Positions 23,769-37,959 are shown, numbered from the stretch's first letter. The stretch: 64,000 nucleotides of DNA from Felis catus (GCF_018350175.1 NC_058368.1:212042001-212106000), one strand, 5' to 3'. The notes: a model not told the origin generated them from the letters alone. Translations and numbers: made by a program.

Positions 23769-24614
23769 TGCTTTGCTATATTCTAATAGCAAATATTTAT
23801 GGTGGACCATATTGCTACTTTGGTGATAAGAACATTTCATTAGGTTCAGATATAAAAGCATATCTCCTGAGTTTGATGGAAATGTTGCAGCGTCAGTCAG
23901 ACTGCACTTTTATACTCTTGCATGGGGAATATTATGACCAAAGGAATGCTTTAATCTCAAGTTGTAAGGGAAAGTTTTATTGAAGCCAGGATGAGGGGGA
24001 AATCTTGTCACACTGCCATCAGAATGAAAAGAAGCCTTCATATACTCACCCTGCTGCTTGTTTGTGTAGAGAAATCCCAGCCTTAGATCGCTGTGAGCAG
24101 ACACCACAGCACTGGGCCTGGGCCTTTGGAGGCTCAGAGGACTATTACGAGAAGGGCAGTCTAATTCAGTGAGATGGTTGGCTGAGATGCTGAGTTTCCT
24201 TCTCAAAGGTTCTGCTTGAAAACAAACAAAGGAAGATGCAGGTGGTGAAGGGGGAGGCCGTGGAATAGACCCAGGAAAGCTGAGATAAATCCAACTCAGG
24301 ACGTGGGATTAAAATATTTACTCTGGCATTGACACGAATGGCTGGGTTGAGTGTTTGCTTTGCTATCTCAGCAACATCTTCTCTCCTGGCCACTTCTCTT
24401 TCACTACCAGTCTTGAAGGCTTTAAATTACCGACACTTAACATCTTGCAGGTAGAAATCCAGGTTTAGAGAAAAGGAACCCCTTCCATACTGGGAGGTCA
24501 TGGAATCTTTTGCTCCAGCCATGTTGAAACTTTCTAGAAAAGAAAAGGCAAGGTTGCCTGTCATGTTCCACCCAGTCTCCTGATCTGAACACTATTCCAA
24601 TTAATTGGATATGT

Positions 24615-24969
24615 TTTTTTTAACTGTTTCATCCATTCAACTTAAAAAAGTTATCAAATATAGGTGCACAGTTTGTAGTTTTCAGAAACTGAACACACCC
24701 ATGTAACTAACACCCAGATCAAGAACAGAACATGACCAGCCCTCTAGACACCTTCCCGTGCCTTTGTTCTACCCTGACTTCTACCAGAATAGATTGATTT
24801 TGCTTTTTTGGTATTTCATAAAGTGCAATAACTCAGTATATGGTCTTTTGAACCTGACTTTTCTTCCTCAACTTGACATTGGTGAGATTTAGCCATAATA
24901 TTGCCTGTGGTTGGAGATTATTTTTTGCTGTAGAGAAGTCCATCAAGTGAATGGTATTGTGAACATTAT

Positions 24970-25018
<49 letters not shown>

Positions 25019-25110
25019 GGATACACAGCTTGGGATTTCTGGGTCATACAGTATGCACATGTTCAACTTCAGTTGATACGGTCAGTTTTATAAAATGGTT
25101 GTAAGGGGGG
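24615..25110 (-). mobile_element. Old L1M (L1ME/MC-like) 3' region containing (TG)n at 24972-25014
   Basis: CACCCATGTAACTAACACCCAGATCAAGAACAGAACATGACCAGC...GATTGATTTTGC...TGAGATTTAGCCAT. Confidence 0.7.
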
Positions 25111-26924
25111 GTACCATTTGCTCTCCATTCACCTTTTGTTTCCCTAGATTCTAGGGCCAGGATGACTGCACACGGAATAAGCACATGTAACAGGGAACGT
25201 GCAATTTTACTTCAAATAGGCAATTTAGCGTTCTTTTTGCAAGTAGCATTCTTTTGTTCCTGCTCACCTCAGCTGCCCTCAGTCTGACTCATGAGATGTT
25301 TCCTTGAGCCGTCAAGTCGTTTCCTGGTGATGGAAACACAAATCATATCCTTAGTTCTGGTTTTCCTTAGACTGTTAAGAATTCTGCTGAGCATCTTTCT
25401 GTTCATGGTTGCTGTCGAAAGACTGAATCTCCATGACCCATTTATGGCAAGAAGGGCGGAAGGACTGGGAATGCCTACTCCTGAATCTGGGAAAAATACT
25501 TAGACTGGAATTGGAACATAAAGCTACTTTCTGGGATTGGCAATCACATTTTGAAGGGTGAGGGGAGCATCAAGAGCCTATTTAAGAAGCTTGATATGTT
25601 TATGCCAGAAATCTCTTTTATTCTCACTGAAGAATTTATTTTAATGTCACTATCCAATTGGATGAGAGTTGCTCACAATTTTAGAAATCTCTGGATAACT
25701 TCCATTGTGGATATTTGTTTGGATGTTTTTACAAGTACTGTATTTTCTTGTGGAATGTTTGGCAAAATTTTTTAATAAAGATTTTGGATTTGAGGTTGTG
25801 GATACAGATGGATAACATTATACAATTTTTTTTTTTGTAAAACCATATAAATACACCAGCAGGAACGTTTTAAAATTTAAATTAGATAAAAATGAGTGCT
25901 TTGACTTTTCTTTTCCTCCCCCACTCCCCAAATACTTCTCTTTAGCTTCTATCTTTCAATAATTGTTCAGTAGTTTTTTTCTTTTTATTGGGTTTTGGAC
26001 AAAAGACTTAAAAAAATAACATCCATCTTGCATAGTAACTTCTCTGCTTTTAAGAGAACTAGCAAAATTGCTGCCCACTACTCATAAGTTAACTTAAGTT
26101 CCACTGAGTTCCATCTCCAGTGAGATGACGAAAGCCAGTGGCTAGGAGTTGAGGAGCATTTGTTTTATGGGTAAGGTATTTGGTGTGAAGGGATTGTAGA
26201 TGTCGCTTTGCATGGGGAACCCCCTTCAGACTCTTAGAAGTTACTAGTGCTATGAAACCACTGTAAATACTCGATACTTGTCAGAAGGCTGTGCCACCTG
26301 ACTGTCTTAACACTCCCTGGTCCGAGGAGCAAGCGAATCACATGTGCAGCTATTTTGTAGCTAAGTTTCTGGAAATGGAATCGCTAGGTCAAAGGGTAAG
26401 GATATTTGAAAATGTTAGTGATACTACCAAATTGTGGTCCACAGAGGTTACATCACTTTTCACTCAGTCCAGACCATCCAAGAGTGTCTGTTTTTCTCTT
26501 CATCTCATTTAAAACCTGCCACAAAAACAAATCCCTCTTGGTTTCCCTTTAGAGCCTCCTTTTACAGCTCCACTTTGCATTTCCTTAGCATCGATCTGTT
26601 TCCTTTTTATGGCCCCTATCTTGCACATTTTCACAGCTTACTCATCTCTCTCCATCTACCTCCTCAACCCATCTACCTTCCTACCTAAGAGTGAAAACCC
26701 AAGTAGAATGGAAGAACTGTTAAACTCTCATTTGTGGATTTTTGGCTTATGTATGTATACGTTTAATTTCATAATGACTTACCAAATAGACAAATTGGGT
26801 AGGTTGAAGAATGCCTGTATAATGAGGAACATATTAAGATTAGAACTATTACGTTATTCATGGCGACCAAGGTCTTTTCCTTGGTACAGGGTGGTCAGTG
26901 AGGGAGGAGAGTATTTGTGAGACA

Positions 26925-27120
26925 ATGCAAGGGTTAAGAGCCAAATTTGCCTGTGTTTAAATTCCTGCTCTGCCACTTACTACCTCTGTGACATCTGGTA
27001 AGGAACTATGTCATCTCTAAAATGGGGGTAATAGTTGTAGGTATGTCACAGAGTTATCATGTAGATTACTTCACATCTGCAAAGCACTCCTAATAGGACC
27101 TGGTGCAAGGCTATTATTAT
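26925..27120 (+). mobile_element. MIR
   Basis: CCTGTGTTTAAATTCCTGCTCTGCCACTTACTACCTCTGTGAC...TCATCTCTAAAATGGGGGTAATAG. Confidence 0.75.
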
Positions 27121-29199
27121 TAGTTCAAGACCATTATTAGTTCATTGTTTCCTTTTCTTCAATGCACTTACCTATTCCACTGGACAAGAAGATGAAGAGT
27201 CTGCTCTGAGTTGCCTTCATAAAACTAGCTGAAATTGGCATGTACACAGGGCAGTTTACTTGAAAAGATGGAGATTTTCTGTCTGAAAAAAAAATAGGCA
27301 AAATGGTACCTTTTAGCAAGAGAAGGGTGCACATTTTATCTTATCTATTTAAAAATATTGCCTGCAAGAGCCTCAGTTTTTCACCCATTGGCTGGACACT
27401 GTGGCTAGTAACATGAGTGCTTCTTTCTCTCCCTTCATGGCTCATCTGATGAACCTTCAGCAAAGAAATAGAAGCCATGCAAACCCCCTGATGCCAGGGC
27501 AGAGAGTACTCTTCCCTGGCTAACAACACCTCTCTTCTGTGACACCACACAACAAAGCCAAAGAATGCATAATTTCCCTCTTAATCACTTTCTACTTACA
27601 CCTGACTTGCCAGCCTCTAAACCCATATATTTTTTTTAAGTCTGTGGTAGAACCAAAATTGAAATGGTGTGCATGTCCCTAGACGTTCCTGTCCCTAAAC
27701 CAAAAATACAAGGATTGTGTTTGGCAAGCTCAGTGACTCTCCTGTATCTTCTGAATAGGGCTTAGTCCTTCTAGACTAGTGTTTTGGGGCATTTATAGTG
27801 GAGAAGCAGGAGGACAGTGAAAGTGGAGGAGAATCTGAATCCTGTGGGCTTGGGTTGTAAGAGGAGATTTTGGGAGAATTTTAGAGGGATAGAGTTTAAG
27901 AGATTGATGATTGTGGTGATTATTCATCCTTGCAAGTAAATTATTAAAGTTATTTTAAATTTATTTTGTTTGTGGCCCAACCGTGTTTCCTGGCTCATAT
28001 CAAAATACAATTTTCAATAACTAAAAAAAGCATAGTTCTGATGAAAATTCTGGCAACTATGTGCTAGGTTTTAATTGCCACAGTAATGAGGGGATCCGTA
28101 GAAGACAAAGCTGATGTCATGACATGACATGAAAAACTAACCTGTATGCAGGCAATAAAGGGAAAACAAAAGGAACACTTCCGTTAAGAAGAAACTGCAA
28201 TAACATTGCTAATTTAGATACATAACTAGTTCATTTCCTCCATAGGCCAGTAAAACTATAACCTTTGGGTTATCTTATCTACTGGACAGAGAGCATTTGT
28301 AGTTTGTAAGTGTCTACAAAGTAACATCTATCTTTACAGGGTTGTAAAATGCCTAGGTCCTTATCAGTGGTAAATTGTAAGTCAAACAAAGTTGCATCCC
28401 TGAGCCTGGAGAGTCAGATGAACCTTGGGTGGGCTTGTTAGACAACTTCCTGCATGAAAACAAAGATTAGCCAGTTATCTTTTTGCCTTCCTTCCAAGTT
28501 TTGTTACTAGTCCCTTGTGTGGTCTTAAACAGTCTCCTAAGATTATTTTGATCACAAGAAAAGGCTGGTCTCATTGTGGTTTGTGTCCTCTGCCTGCTTC
28601 ATTTGCAGAGGACCAGTATACACAACACAAACCATTGTTCTTGTATGGCCAACAAATCTACAGCCACGAGAAGCTAGGCAGCTACAGAAGCCAGAGAAAT
28701 AAATAGCTTTGGTCTGGGAAGTTTGTAAAAACAATCTGGGATTGCATCTCAGTAACTTCTGTTATTCCAAGGATCACCACCCCAAGTGTTTGTTTTAATC
28801 CTTCTTATAAGCATATTTATTCCAAAGCTAGAGAAACAAAATTAAGAAATTCATTTCTTCCCAGGTCTCACCCATAGTGCCTACAACTGCATATGAAATC
28901 TTCTGTTCTCAAGATGCTCCCAAGTTGCTAAACTTTCAAGACTGCAGATAGTGATCCTCCTTACTGCCTGTTAAGCCTGGAACCCTGTAAGCCCCAGAAC
29001 AGATACACGCCATTTTCCAAGGATGGTTTTGTAGATACTAGTTCCGCATATGAAGCCCAAACTTTGTTGCTTAAAGAGGGCTTGTCATACCAAGATGAAA
29101 TGAGATTTAACTCAGGTATGACACTCCAGGTGTGGCCCAAGCTTAGTAATCAATTAATGTGCTCAATTATGTTTGTGTAAAAGAAAAATACAGATTTTA

Positions 29200-29397
29200 A
29201 AAAAGTTTTTATTTCTTTTTAAGAGAGAGACAGAGAGATAGAGAGACAGAGAGACAGAGGAAGACACAGAATCCAACACAGGCTCCAGGCTCCAAACTGT
29301 CAGCACAGACCTGGCACAGGGCTCAAACCCACAAACCGTGACATCATGACCTGAGCCAAAGTTGAATGCTTAACTGACTGAACCACCCAGGTGCCCC
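29200..29397 (-). mobile_element. SINEC
   Basis: (GA)-rich block, ends CACCCAGGTGCCCC; degenerate TSD. Confidence 0.9.
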
Positions 29398-29779
29398 AGA
29401 AAATGACAGCTTTTTAATGAATCTTATGCAAATAACTGTCTTGCCAACAGAGGGTTATATGGCATTGGGGTCAAAGTGAAAAAGTGGGTTGTGGGCATTT
29501 TTGTGATATAGTAAATACCAAAGATGATTTGACTCTCAAAAATACTTTGGAAATACCTTTTATTTTTCTTTCTGAATTTAGGATTGTAGTTTGAAAAGGC
29601 GATATTAAACAGAGCTATCAAAGAAGAGCCGGTACTTATTCAAACTGAAGCTTAAGTGCCGAACAACAATAAATGGCTTTGCTTCATCACCTGTTTACCA
29701 GAGTGGTAATCCAATATTCAGAAATAAATATGTCAAGAATAATATAAGGAACTTCCATCCACTCAGCTCTCTGTTCTTA

Positions 29780-29998
29780 TTTAAATTTTTTTTGATGTTT
29801 TCATTTATTTTGAGAGAGAGAGAGTGCATGTGTGCAAGCAGGGGAGGGGCAGAGAGAGAGGGAGAGAGAGAATCCCACACAGGCTCCACATGTCAGCACA
29901 GAGCCTGATGTGGGGTTCGAACTCACAAACTGTAAGTACATGACCTGGGCCAAAATCAAGAGTCAGATGCCCAACTGACTGAGCCACTCGGGTGCCCC
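29780..29998 (-). mobile_element. SINEC
   Basis: Full length; TSD TGTTCTTATTT/TGTTCTTCTTT. Confidence 0.9.
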
Positions 29999-30482
29999 TG
30001 TTCTTCTTTATTTTTTAATCAACGACATACAAAGTCAGCACACAACACAAAAAGTATTCTGGGGAGAAGCAAGACCTTGCTCTCTGGACAAATGACAGAG
30101 AAGATAAAGAACAACCTATTGTTAAGAGCAGACTGAATACTCCAAGGCCAGTTTATCATTTTCATGGAAAGAAAATCACACTCTAATTTTGCATTAATGT
30201 AATATTTGAAAGTAGAGAATGCCTCAGTATTTTTGGTAATGAAAATACAGCCAGCTCTGTCAGCATTTAACAGATTTCTTCTTTTCAGCCTTAAATTTGC
30301 AGGTTCATAAACTAAGGCAAATAAAATTGTCTTTTCATTGAACCCACTACATCCTGTTCCCATTCAGGTTCTGGCTTTTGTTGATCTTTTTTTTTTTTTC
30401 TCACATTCTAGTATAGCCAGGTAGTTTACTGTAACACTGAGATACTTTCTTTTTTCGTGGACAAACTAAAACACATCCCATG

Positions 30483-30488
<6 letters not shown>

Positions 30489-30521
<33 letters not shown>

Positions 30522-30528
30522 ACACACA
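30489..30528. repeat. (CA)n microsatellite
   Basis: Read directly; interrupted by CGTG. Confidence 0.9.
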
Positions 30529-31397
30529 ATTTTTATACACATACTTGTTTGACACTGTTGTTCTCAGTGTATCTCAGCCACTCATTTATAACTTTTAAGT
30601 AAAGTAACTAATTTCTATTTCAGAGTGACAACTGGGAGGTAATGTTTAAGAGCCATCTGTTATAGAGGAGCACCATAACATGTAAGCAAAGTCCGTGAAT
30701 ACAGTAAGACCCCCGACTATAGCTGCATACATCTATTTTACATTTACACATACCAGGAACTTGCAGCTTCAGCTCCATAACGGGGTCACAAGTGGAGACA
30801 CAAACACAGATACATATTCAAACCAACCAACGGAACTATATAATTTATACATATATTTATAGATCAAAGTCCCCTACTGGGTCCATTTTCAACTTCCAGT
30901 TTCGGATGCCCTTTTGTAGTTTTGAAGATCAAAAGTGCTTTAAAATTAATAAGAAAAAGATGTCCTAGCTTCAAGTCTGTGCTTTCAAAAAGCTCTTTGT
31001 AAGAACTAATAAGGACATTATTTTGTATGTTGGTGGCTTCTGTTTACTTTGTTTTGTTTGGCTTCCCTAGAATTTGATTTCCACAGCAGTGAGCTAATAG
31101 CAGTCACTGTTGCTGCTGACTGGACACATCCATATACAATCCATCTTGATAAAACAGTTATGTGCTGAGGAGTTTATAGCTCCCTGATTGGCCCTTTTGG
31201 TAATACTGATTTTTCCCTTTGTTGCGTCGCACACTATGAATGAAACTCTAAGAACTGAGTGGGAAGCATCTCCTTAGTTTCAGAAACATCAATTCAGAGC
31301 GTTAAGACCCCAGATTACAGGCCTTCCACATTTACAAATCCAGTGTGGAATTTGGGGTATTTGACTAGCATTTGTTTAAAATCAAGATCCCAAAGGT

Positions 31398-31628
31398 GTT
31401 TTATTATTTTATTATTATTGTTTTTTAATGTTTATTTATTTTTGAGACAGAGAGACAGAGTGTGAGCGGGGGATGGGCAGAGAGAGAGAGAAAGACACAG
31501 AATCTGAAGAGGCGCCAGGCTGTAAGCTGTCAGCACAGAGCCTGACGTGGGGCTCGAACTCACAAGCAGTGAGATCATGACCTGAGCCGAAGTCGGACGC
31601 TTAACCGACTGAGCCACCCAGGCGCCCC
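31398..31628 (-). mobile_element. Felid SINEC
   Basis: 12-bp TSD GATCCCAAAGGT at 31386-31397 and 31629-31640. Confidence 0.95.
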
Positions 31629-32404
31629 GATCCCAAAGGTACTTTAAAATGAGGCCAGGCTGCATGAAGTCTAGCCAGATCCCTATGTTCTGCCATGACC
31701 TGAATTGCTGTTGGGTCCAGGCCACGATCCAGCCAGTGGTCCCCAGGAAACTCTGCAGCCCCAAGGCCAGATGTTGGGTTGAGTGAGCCGAAACCCTAGC
31801 GTCCAGCAGGAGGACATTATATTGGCTTATCTCAACTGGACCCATCTCTTTGTACAAGAGGGACCCTCAGTAGGCTCAAGAGGAATAGGGTTTGAGTTGA
31901 GAGGCCAAACTGGTTCATCTCTGCCAGTTTATTATGTGAATTATCATAGCTTCTCCTGCACTTCACTGATCTTAGACTTGGCCCCGTCTCTGTCCTTTAC
32001 CTTCTCAAGCCTCATTCACTCTCTTCTCCACCTCTGGCACCCCTAAAGCCTGTGGTAACTTCACTCGCATTCACACCCAACTGACTCCATGTAGCTTAGT
32101 GCTGCAAACTCACCCACCCACCCCCTCCACCAAGAAGCAAATCCAAAACAAAGATGAGGATTTCGCAACTTTGTTTTCACAACCTGCTTTCCCTTCTCTA
32201 TGCGGTTCCTTTCCATCCCCGTTTGCCCTTGTCTATATTTGAAGCCTACCTTTGAAGAGAATTTGCAAGCTTAACTCTCTGGGTTTCTCTCAGCATTTGG
32301 GGGATATGCTGAGACCTTCCCTTACCATCCACAGCCCTGGGCTACCTTTGCTATTATTTGACAGTGACTCTAGGTTTTCCAGCCAGTTTTTATTTAATTG
32401 AATC

Positions 32405-32625
32405 AATCACTAATAGTAAGAGTTAACACTTATTACATTTTTTTACAGTGTGTCAGCTACGGTAATAGGTGTTTTATGCGTCAACTCCTTTAATGCTTGT
32501 AAAATTCCATCAGATAAATTCCCATATGTTCTCAGTTTACAGATGAGGAAACTAAGGCAGAGAAAAGTAAATTACAGTCCCTCGGGAGTTACTAAGAAGT
32601 GGTGCTACTTTGGTTTTGAAGCTCA
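32405..32625 (-). mobile_element. MIR
   Basis: CAGTTTACAGATGAGGAAACTAAGGCAGAGAAAAGTAAATT core. Confidence 0.75.
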
Positions 32626-33369
32626 TTGCACATAGACGTCATTCTGTGCTCAAAATGAAGATCCAGATACTCCTCTCTGTTCTGCTGGTGTCCTCAGGGC
32701 CCTCAGTCTCTCCAGGGCTCTTTGTATCCTCTGTATTTAAGTAGTAATTGAAAAGATACTAATACTGCAATTCTCACTCTGTAGACATTTTCAGAGAGGA
32801 GACTCAAAAGCAGTGAGGGAGGCGATGGTGATGTTCACTTGTGGCATTCGTTTCACATTTTGCTTCTGTGGCAAGATGTTGCTTGTGTGTCTGTTGAAAT
32901 ACTCCTCTTTCAGGGCGCAGTGATGGGGAGTGGTGCTTGGACCATGCATTGTGTTCAGAAGGGCGCCAAAATCTGTTTGTGTAGCGTGGACCCCAGATCC
33001 TGGAGGCCTGGCCACACCAGCTGCAGCCCCGCAAGGGCTTTAATTTAGAATTTCCTGAGCCGCTTGTGGATCCAAAGTATGTCATGTGTGTTTCAAAATA
33101 ATAATTGAAAAGAAAGCAAAACAGTAAGTCAGCTGTAAAAATTATATGATATCTAACCATGGGGCCAGGTTACCAATGGTTGTCACCCCCAGCTGAGATC
33201 GGTAACCATATGCCTTGGAAAGTTCCACGTTAATTTGGATGGGGAGGGTGGGGTGAGTGTAGAAGTGGGGCAAGGTTCAGAATGCTGGGAATAATTTGAG
33301 TAGGACAAGTCAGACTGTGTCCCACTCAATATTTCTGATAGTTTCTAGTACCCCTCTAGACTTGCTCTT

Positions 33370-33740
33370 GTCATGGGAATTCACACTGGCTGTTTTTTGT
33401 CTGGAATATTCTTTCTCTGTGTCTGCACATGGGCTCCTCACCATCTGAATCTCAGCTTAGATGTCCCTCCCTTGAGGTGTATTTTCCTTATCAGTCTAGC
33501 TGGAATACACTCTTCCCCTGCCTCACTTATCCCAGCAGTCTATCTATGTGTTTCCTGGTACATCACAACCTCTGGCTTTGGAAGACAGTTCACTGTCTTC
33601 ACTTGTTTGTGGTGATTCTTCACTATTCAATTCCAAGCTCCATGAGGCCAGGGACCATGTCATTATTGCACACTGCTGTTTCTCAACATCTAGTACAGTG
33701 ATTAGCTCATAGTAGATGCTTAATAAATGTTTATATCAAA
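33370..33740 (+). mobile_element. L2 3' end
   Basis: AAGCTCCATGAGGCCAGGGACCATGTC...CATAGTAGATGCTTAATAAATGTT. Confidence 0.7.
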
Positions 33741-34479
33741 GGGAGGAGGGAGACTTAGCAGTTGGGTTGGAAAAGGGAGGTGGTGAGCCCCTGGAATGTT
33801 TTGTGGTGGGATCCAACAGATAGCTTCAGCTCCTTGGCTATATGCTCCAATAACAGAAACTAGAATCAAGATAATTTCTATGTGCAAATTCTCTGGTTCT
33901 CTTTATGATGATGGTTGGGGTGTAGACCTGAGTGAAGAAGCAGAAGCTTGATCTGACCGGTGATTTAGCAGGCTGCGTGAGCCTCCAGAAATTTCATGTT
34001 TTTTTAAAATGCAAATCTTTAAGAAGACTTCTGAAGTAATATTAGTTACTAATTCCTAATATGTACACAGAATTTTTCATAGGATGGCAGAATGGTCATA
34101 CCTGTTACATCTTTGCAGTACTATAATAACCCTGGGAAGTGACAAGCACACAATTTTATTCCCATTTCAGAGATGAAGAATTAGCCTCAGAGAGTTTAAG
34201 AGACTTTTCTAGTGTCATATGGTTAGGGTTAGAATACAGGATGAATGGTTTGTATGGATTGCTCTTTTTATTACATTTTTTCAAACAATATTTGTTTTGT
34301 TTATTTTTATATATTATTTTTATGGTAGATTGATTCCCTTTATGGCCCCAAGTTTTGATCTCATCCTGTCTACGCTGTTGGTGATGTGACCCTGAAGGCC
34401 CTTTTACTTTCTCCTCTAGGAATGCCATTTTGTATAGATAGTCTGACTTTTAAAGTCATGATTATATTTTACATTTTCA

Positions 34480-35945
34480 AAAAAATAAAGAACTGTAATC
34501 AACTGGGATGTGGGGGGGGGGAACCAAAATACAATACAAACAGTGGCAAATGAACTTAACTGTATTATAAATGAACACCAGAACTACAGTGACGTGGGTG
34601 CGGAAGAAAAGAGCTAACCTAATACAAGAAAACAGTGTTTTGACCGTTTTAAGGCTAACGACCAAAAAAAAAATAGAGAAATACAGTACTCTAGTTAGTA
34701 AACTTGTTTTTCACAGCGTTACAAGTTAGCAGTTCTGAAACTACATTCTTGGGGAGACTGAGAAATTACTAAGTTTATTGTGGATAATAAGAACCAGGTT
34801 TCTCAATGAAGAAACCTGAAAAGGAAGCTATAAAGAAAAAGAAAGAAGGCTAAGGTAAATTCTTTGATGTTGGATACCCAGAGGCATTAGTATGAATTCA
34901 TGGTTTTTAAGAGATAGACAGATAGGTGGATGGTTAGATTGATTAATAGGCACATAGATACAGATGTTGGTATAAATATGTGTATACATATGTGTGCATA
35001 CATTTATTTCCCAGCTCTGTCTGCCGGGAAAGCATGTGACATTCCAGTGAGAACAAGTACACCTAGCATCCAGATCGTGGTTTCTAATACCATTCTCCAA
35101 TAAAAGGAACCTGGGTTTGTTGATAAAGTGATTGATTCTATCTCTAGGGCAGAGAAAATACAAGATGAACTGGGAGTGTTTAGGGTGCTCAAGGAACCAT
35201 TTAAAATGTTGGACATATTGGAAGTACGCAGAGCCAACTTGAAGGAACCCCAAAGCTGGGACAATTTAAACAATAAATGCCCAAAGCTGGGACAATTTAA
35301 ACAATAAAACAAATGATGATAATATTAAGTTATATAATGAATCTATAGAACAAAACAAATATTCATAAGCCCTTACTGTTATAAATAAATAATAGAAAAA
35401 ATAGTGGTGAAAGGACGAATAGTAACTTTACAGTAGAGAAAACTGGCAGATAACGTCCTAATCGAGTGATAGAAGTTAGCATCATCAATAATGAGATATA
35501 TGGATATCATGTATCTCTTGATATGATATGATGCACTGGAAAGGCATGGTATCATGTCTGTGATATTTTTGCCAAAAAAAACATACTCTGATTTACTCCT
35601 AAAGAAACCAGAATAACTGACTGGGTCTGTCTGAAAGTGCCACCATCATGAAAGACAGACCTGAATTGCTCTGTGAGATTGGAGGACACTAAGGAAGCAC
35701 GGCAGCTCGGTGTAACGTGGGATTCTGTATCAGAGCCTACAATAGATGAAGAACATCCACTGGACCTTGCCAAATTTTATAGTGTCTGTGGATTAGGTAA
35801 CGGTATTAATTTCCTGGCTTTGACAGTTATATTATACTCAGATAAGATATTAACATATGGGGAAGCTGGGTGAAGCGTATACAGTACCTCTCAATACTAT
35901 TTTTGCAGATGTTTTGATGCAAAACATGAAAAGTTAAATAAGCCC
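34480..35945 (+). mobile_element. Old L1MC-like 3' region
   Basis: CATTCTCCAATAAAAGGAACC, ATTGATTCTATCTCTAGGGCAG, AGTAACTTTACAGTAGAGAAAACTGGCAGA, GGGGAAGCTGGGTGAAG...TACTATTTTTGCA. Confidence 0.75.
35249..35308. repeat. Perfect 29-bp tandem duplication (period 31)
   Basis: CCCAAAGCTGGGACAATTTAAACAATAAA at 35249-35277 and 35280-35308, spacer TG. Confidence 0.95.
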
Positions 35946-35959
35946 CCCCTCCAAAAAAA

Positions 35960-36350
35960 AAGGTGCAGTCCTTGCCTTCAAATGTAGTTTTTGCTTTCAG
36001 AGCACCTATAGTCTAATGGTGGAGATGTAAAAACACTCAAATAAATGTAAAATTACAAGTGTGTTAAGTGCTTGAAAAGGGAGTAACTTGTGGCACGTGA
36101 GCACCTTTATGGGGGTGTGGGGGTTATTTCAGTTAGGGAAGTTGGGTAAGGGCCCATGAGGAGAGACGTTTGAGCTGAGAGCTGAAGAAAGACTGGAGTC
36201 AGTGAGATGAAGAAGGAAAGAAAGAGAGTGTGAGGTAGAACAAACACCGTATAAATGTAGAGACCCTAAGGTGAGACAGAGCAGGATGTATTCGAGAATC
36301 AGAGTGAGGCTGGTGGGGATGGAGTTCTGAGAGCATAAGGGGATGGGCTG
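35960..36350 (-). mobile_element. L2 fragment
   Basis: ATAGTCTAATGGTGGAGA...GACGTTTGAGCTGAGAGCTGAAGA...GAGGTAGAACAAAC antisense L2 motifs. Confidence 0.6.
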
Positions 36351-37095
36351 GGAAATTACGTCGGCAGGAGAAAAGAGATATTGGGTAGTTTCAAAAGGAG
36401 CGAAGTTCTTGAATTCAGGGAAGGAGGAGTTACCAGTTTCGTCTCTATCATCTATTAGATATCAGGCTCTGTGCTGGACATAGCCCTGAAGTAGATCGTG
36501 CTGTTAGCCTTCTTTACAGGTAGAAAACTTAAGTCATTTGCCAACATCATTGCAAAACTGCAGGTTTCAGCTCATTGATTCCACTGAACCAACATCAAAA
36601 CCACCAGCCCCTCCAAATCGCAACAGTACCATGAAAAGCAACTAGGGACACTCTGTGATCTCAATAGAAATGCATAGTGGGTTCGTAAAAGCAAACAACT
36701 CTCACCTAGGAAGGTTTGAGGGGACTGAGGTGAAAAATAGACTCAGTGCCATTCACCACTCACAGGCACTTCTAGCACTGCTTTTGTGTTGGTAAGTTCA
36801 CATGAAGCTCTATTTTGTACAGCACGTTAGCTGATGAAGCGTTCAGGCAAACTGCACCATCTGTTTGACTTACACTCTTATCTGTGCCACCGTGTATCCT
36901 CAGCATTTAAAAACGCAGAAGATGATTCAGTAGGGGAACTCAGATGGGCACAAGGATTTCTGTGGTGATTGAGAAGGCATATATTGATCTTCACAGACTC
37001 ATGATCATCATCAATGCCATGCTATATTGTAGCAAAAGAGAGTATCCTGTATGAAGCAGGGCTGATTCTAGAACAAATGCTGGAAGTTGCTGTTT

Positions 37096-37141
37096 ATAAT
37101 TACTATAAATAATTACTGTAAATAATTACTATAATTACTAT
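37096..37141. repeat. Short AT-rich tandem repeat of ATAATTACT, 4 copies
   Basis: TATAATTACTATAAATAATTACTGTAAATAATTACTATAATTACTA. Confidence 0.85.
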
Positions 37142-37959
37142 CAATGTCTTTATTATTTGGAGTGCAGAAGGGGAGAATGCAGTCCTAGTTATGTATCAGG
37201 TTGAACTTTGTGCTCATGAAGATTCTATGAACAAAGTCATTTAGCGTAGCATTAATAACACTTTTTCTGTGGGATAGGTTATGGGAGACTTTAATCTGTT
37301 TTTAGCCATCTGTGAATGCCCAGAAAATCCATTTGATCCATTGCATGCACTACAAAAATCCTTGAAATGTTGTCATTGGTGGCTGTCACTATCCTTTAAG
37401 TTGACATTGACGGGAAACTCGAAAAAGAAAAGTGATAGGGATTTGGGGGCTTTGTGGATTTGGGAGATTTTCCATGTTCATTTCAAATGGCTTCAGACAG
37501 AAGGTATTGTGCCCATGGTTAGGTGTTGTGTATCTTCAAATTTTATCCCCACAAATTAAGTCTCCAGTTGGTAAAGGATTTGGAACACTAGAGTCCCTGC
37601 CCTGACTGCCGACTCTGAGAGTGGTTATTTGGAAGGTCAAGTCTTGGGGCTTGCTCCCACTTTTTATGGCAATCACAGAGCACCTTTGCCATGGCCTGGA
37701 TGACCTTCTTAATTTTGTTTAATCTTACTTTATATTTTAAACATATAAAATACGAGGAGAGCTTCTTAGTAATTCTAGACGTCCACATTTGGATAACTTC
37801 TTACTGACCCAGATCTGCTCCTAGGGGATGTGCTGGGACAGGTGGGGTGGTCGTCAATGCTATTCCCTTTTGAGTTTCCAAGAAAGCTCAAAAGAAAGAA
37901 ATAGACAATGGTCTGTATGGTCCACAATGCATGCAGATAGAGCTCATTGGGTCATACTT

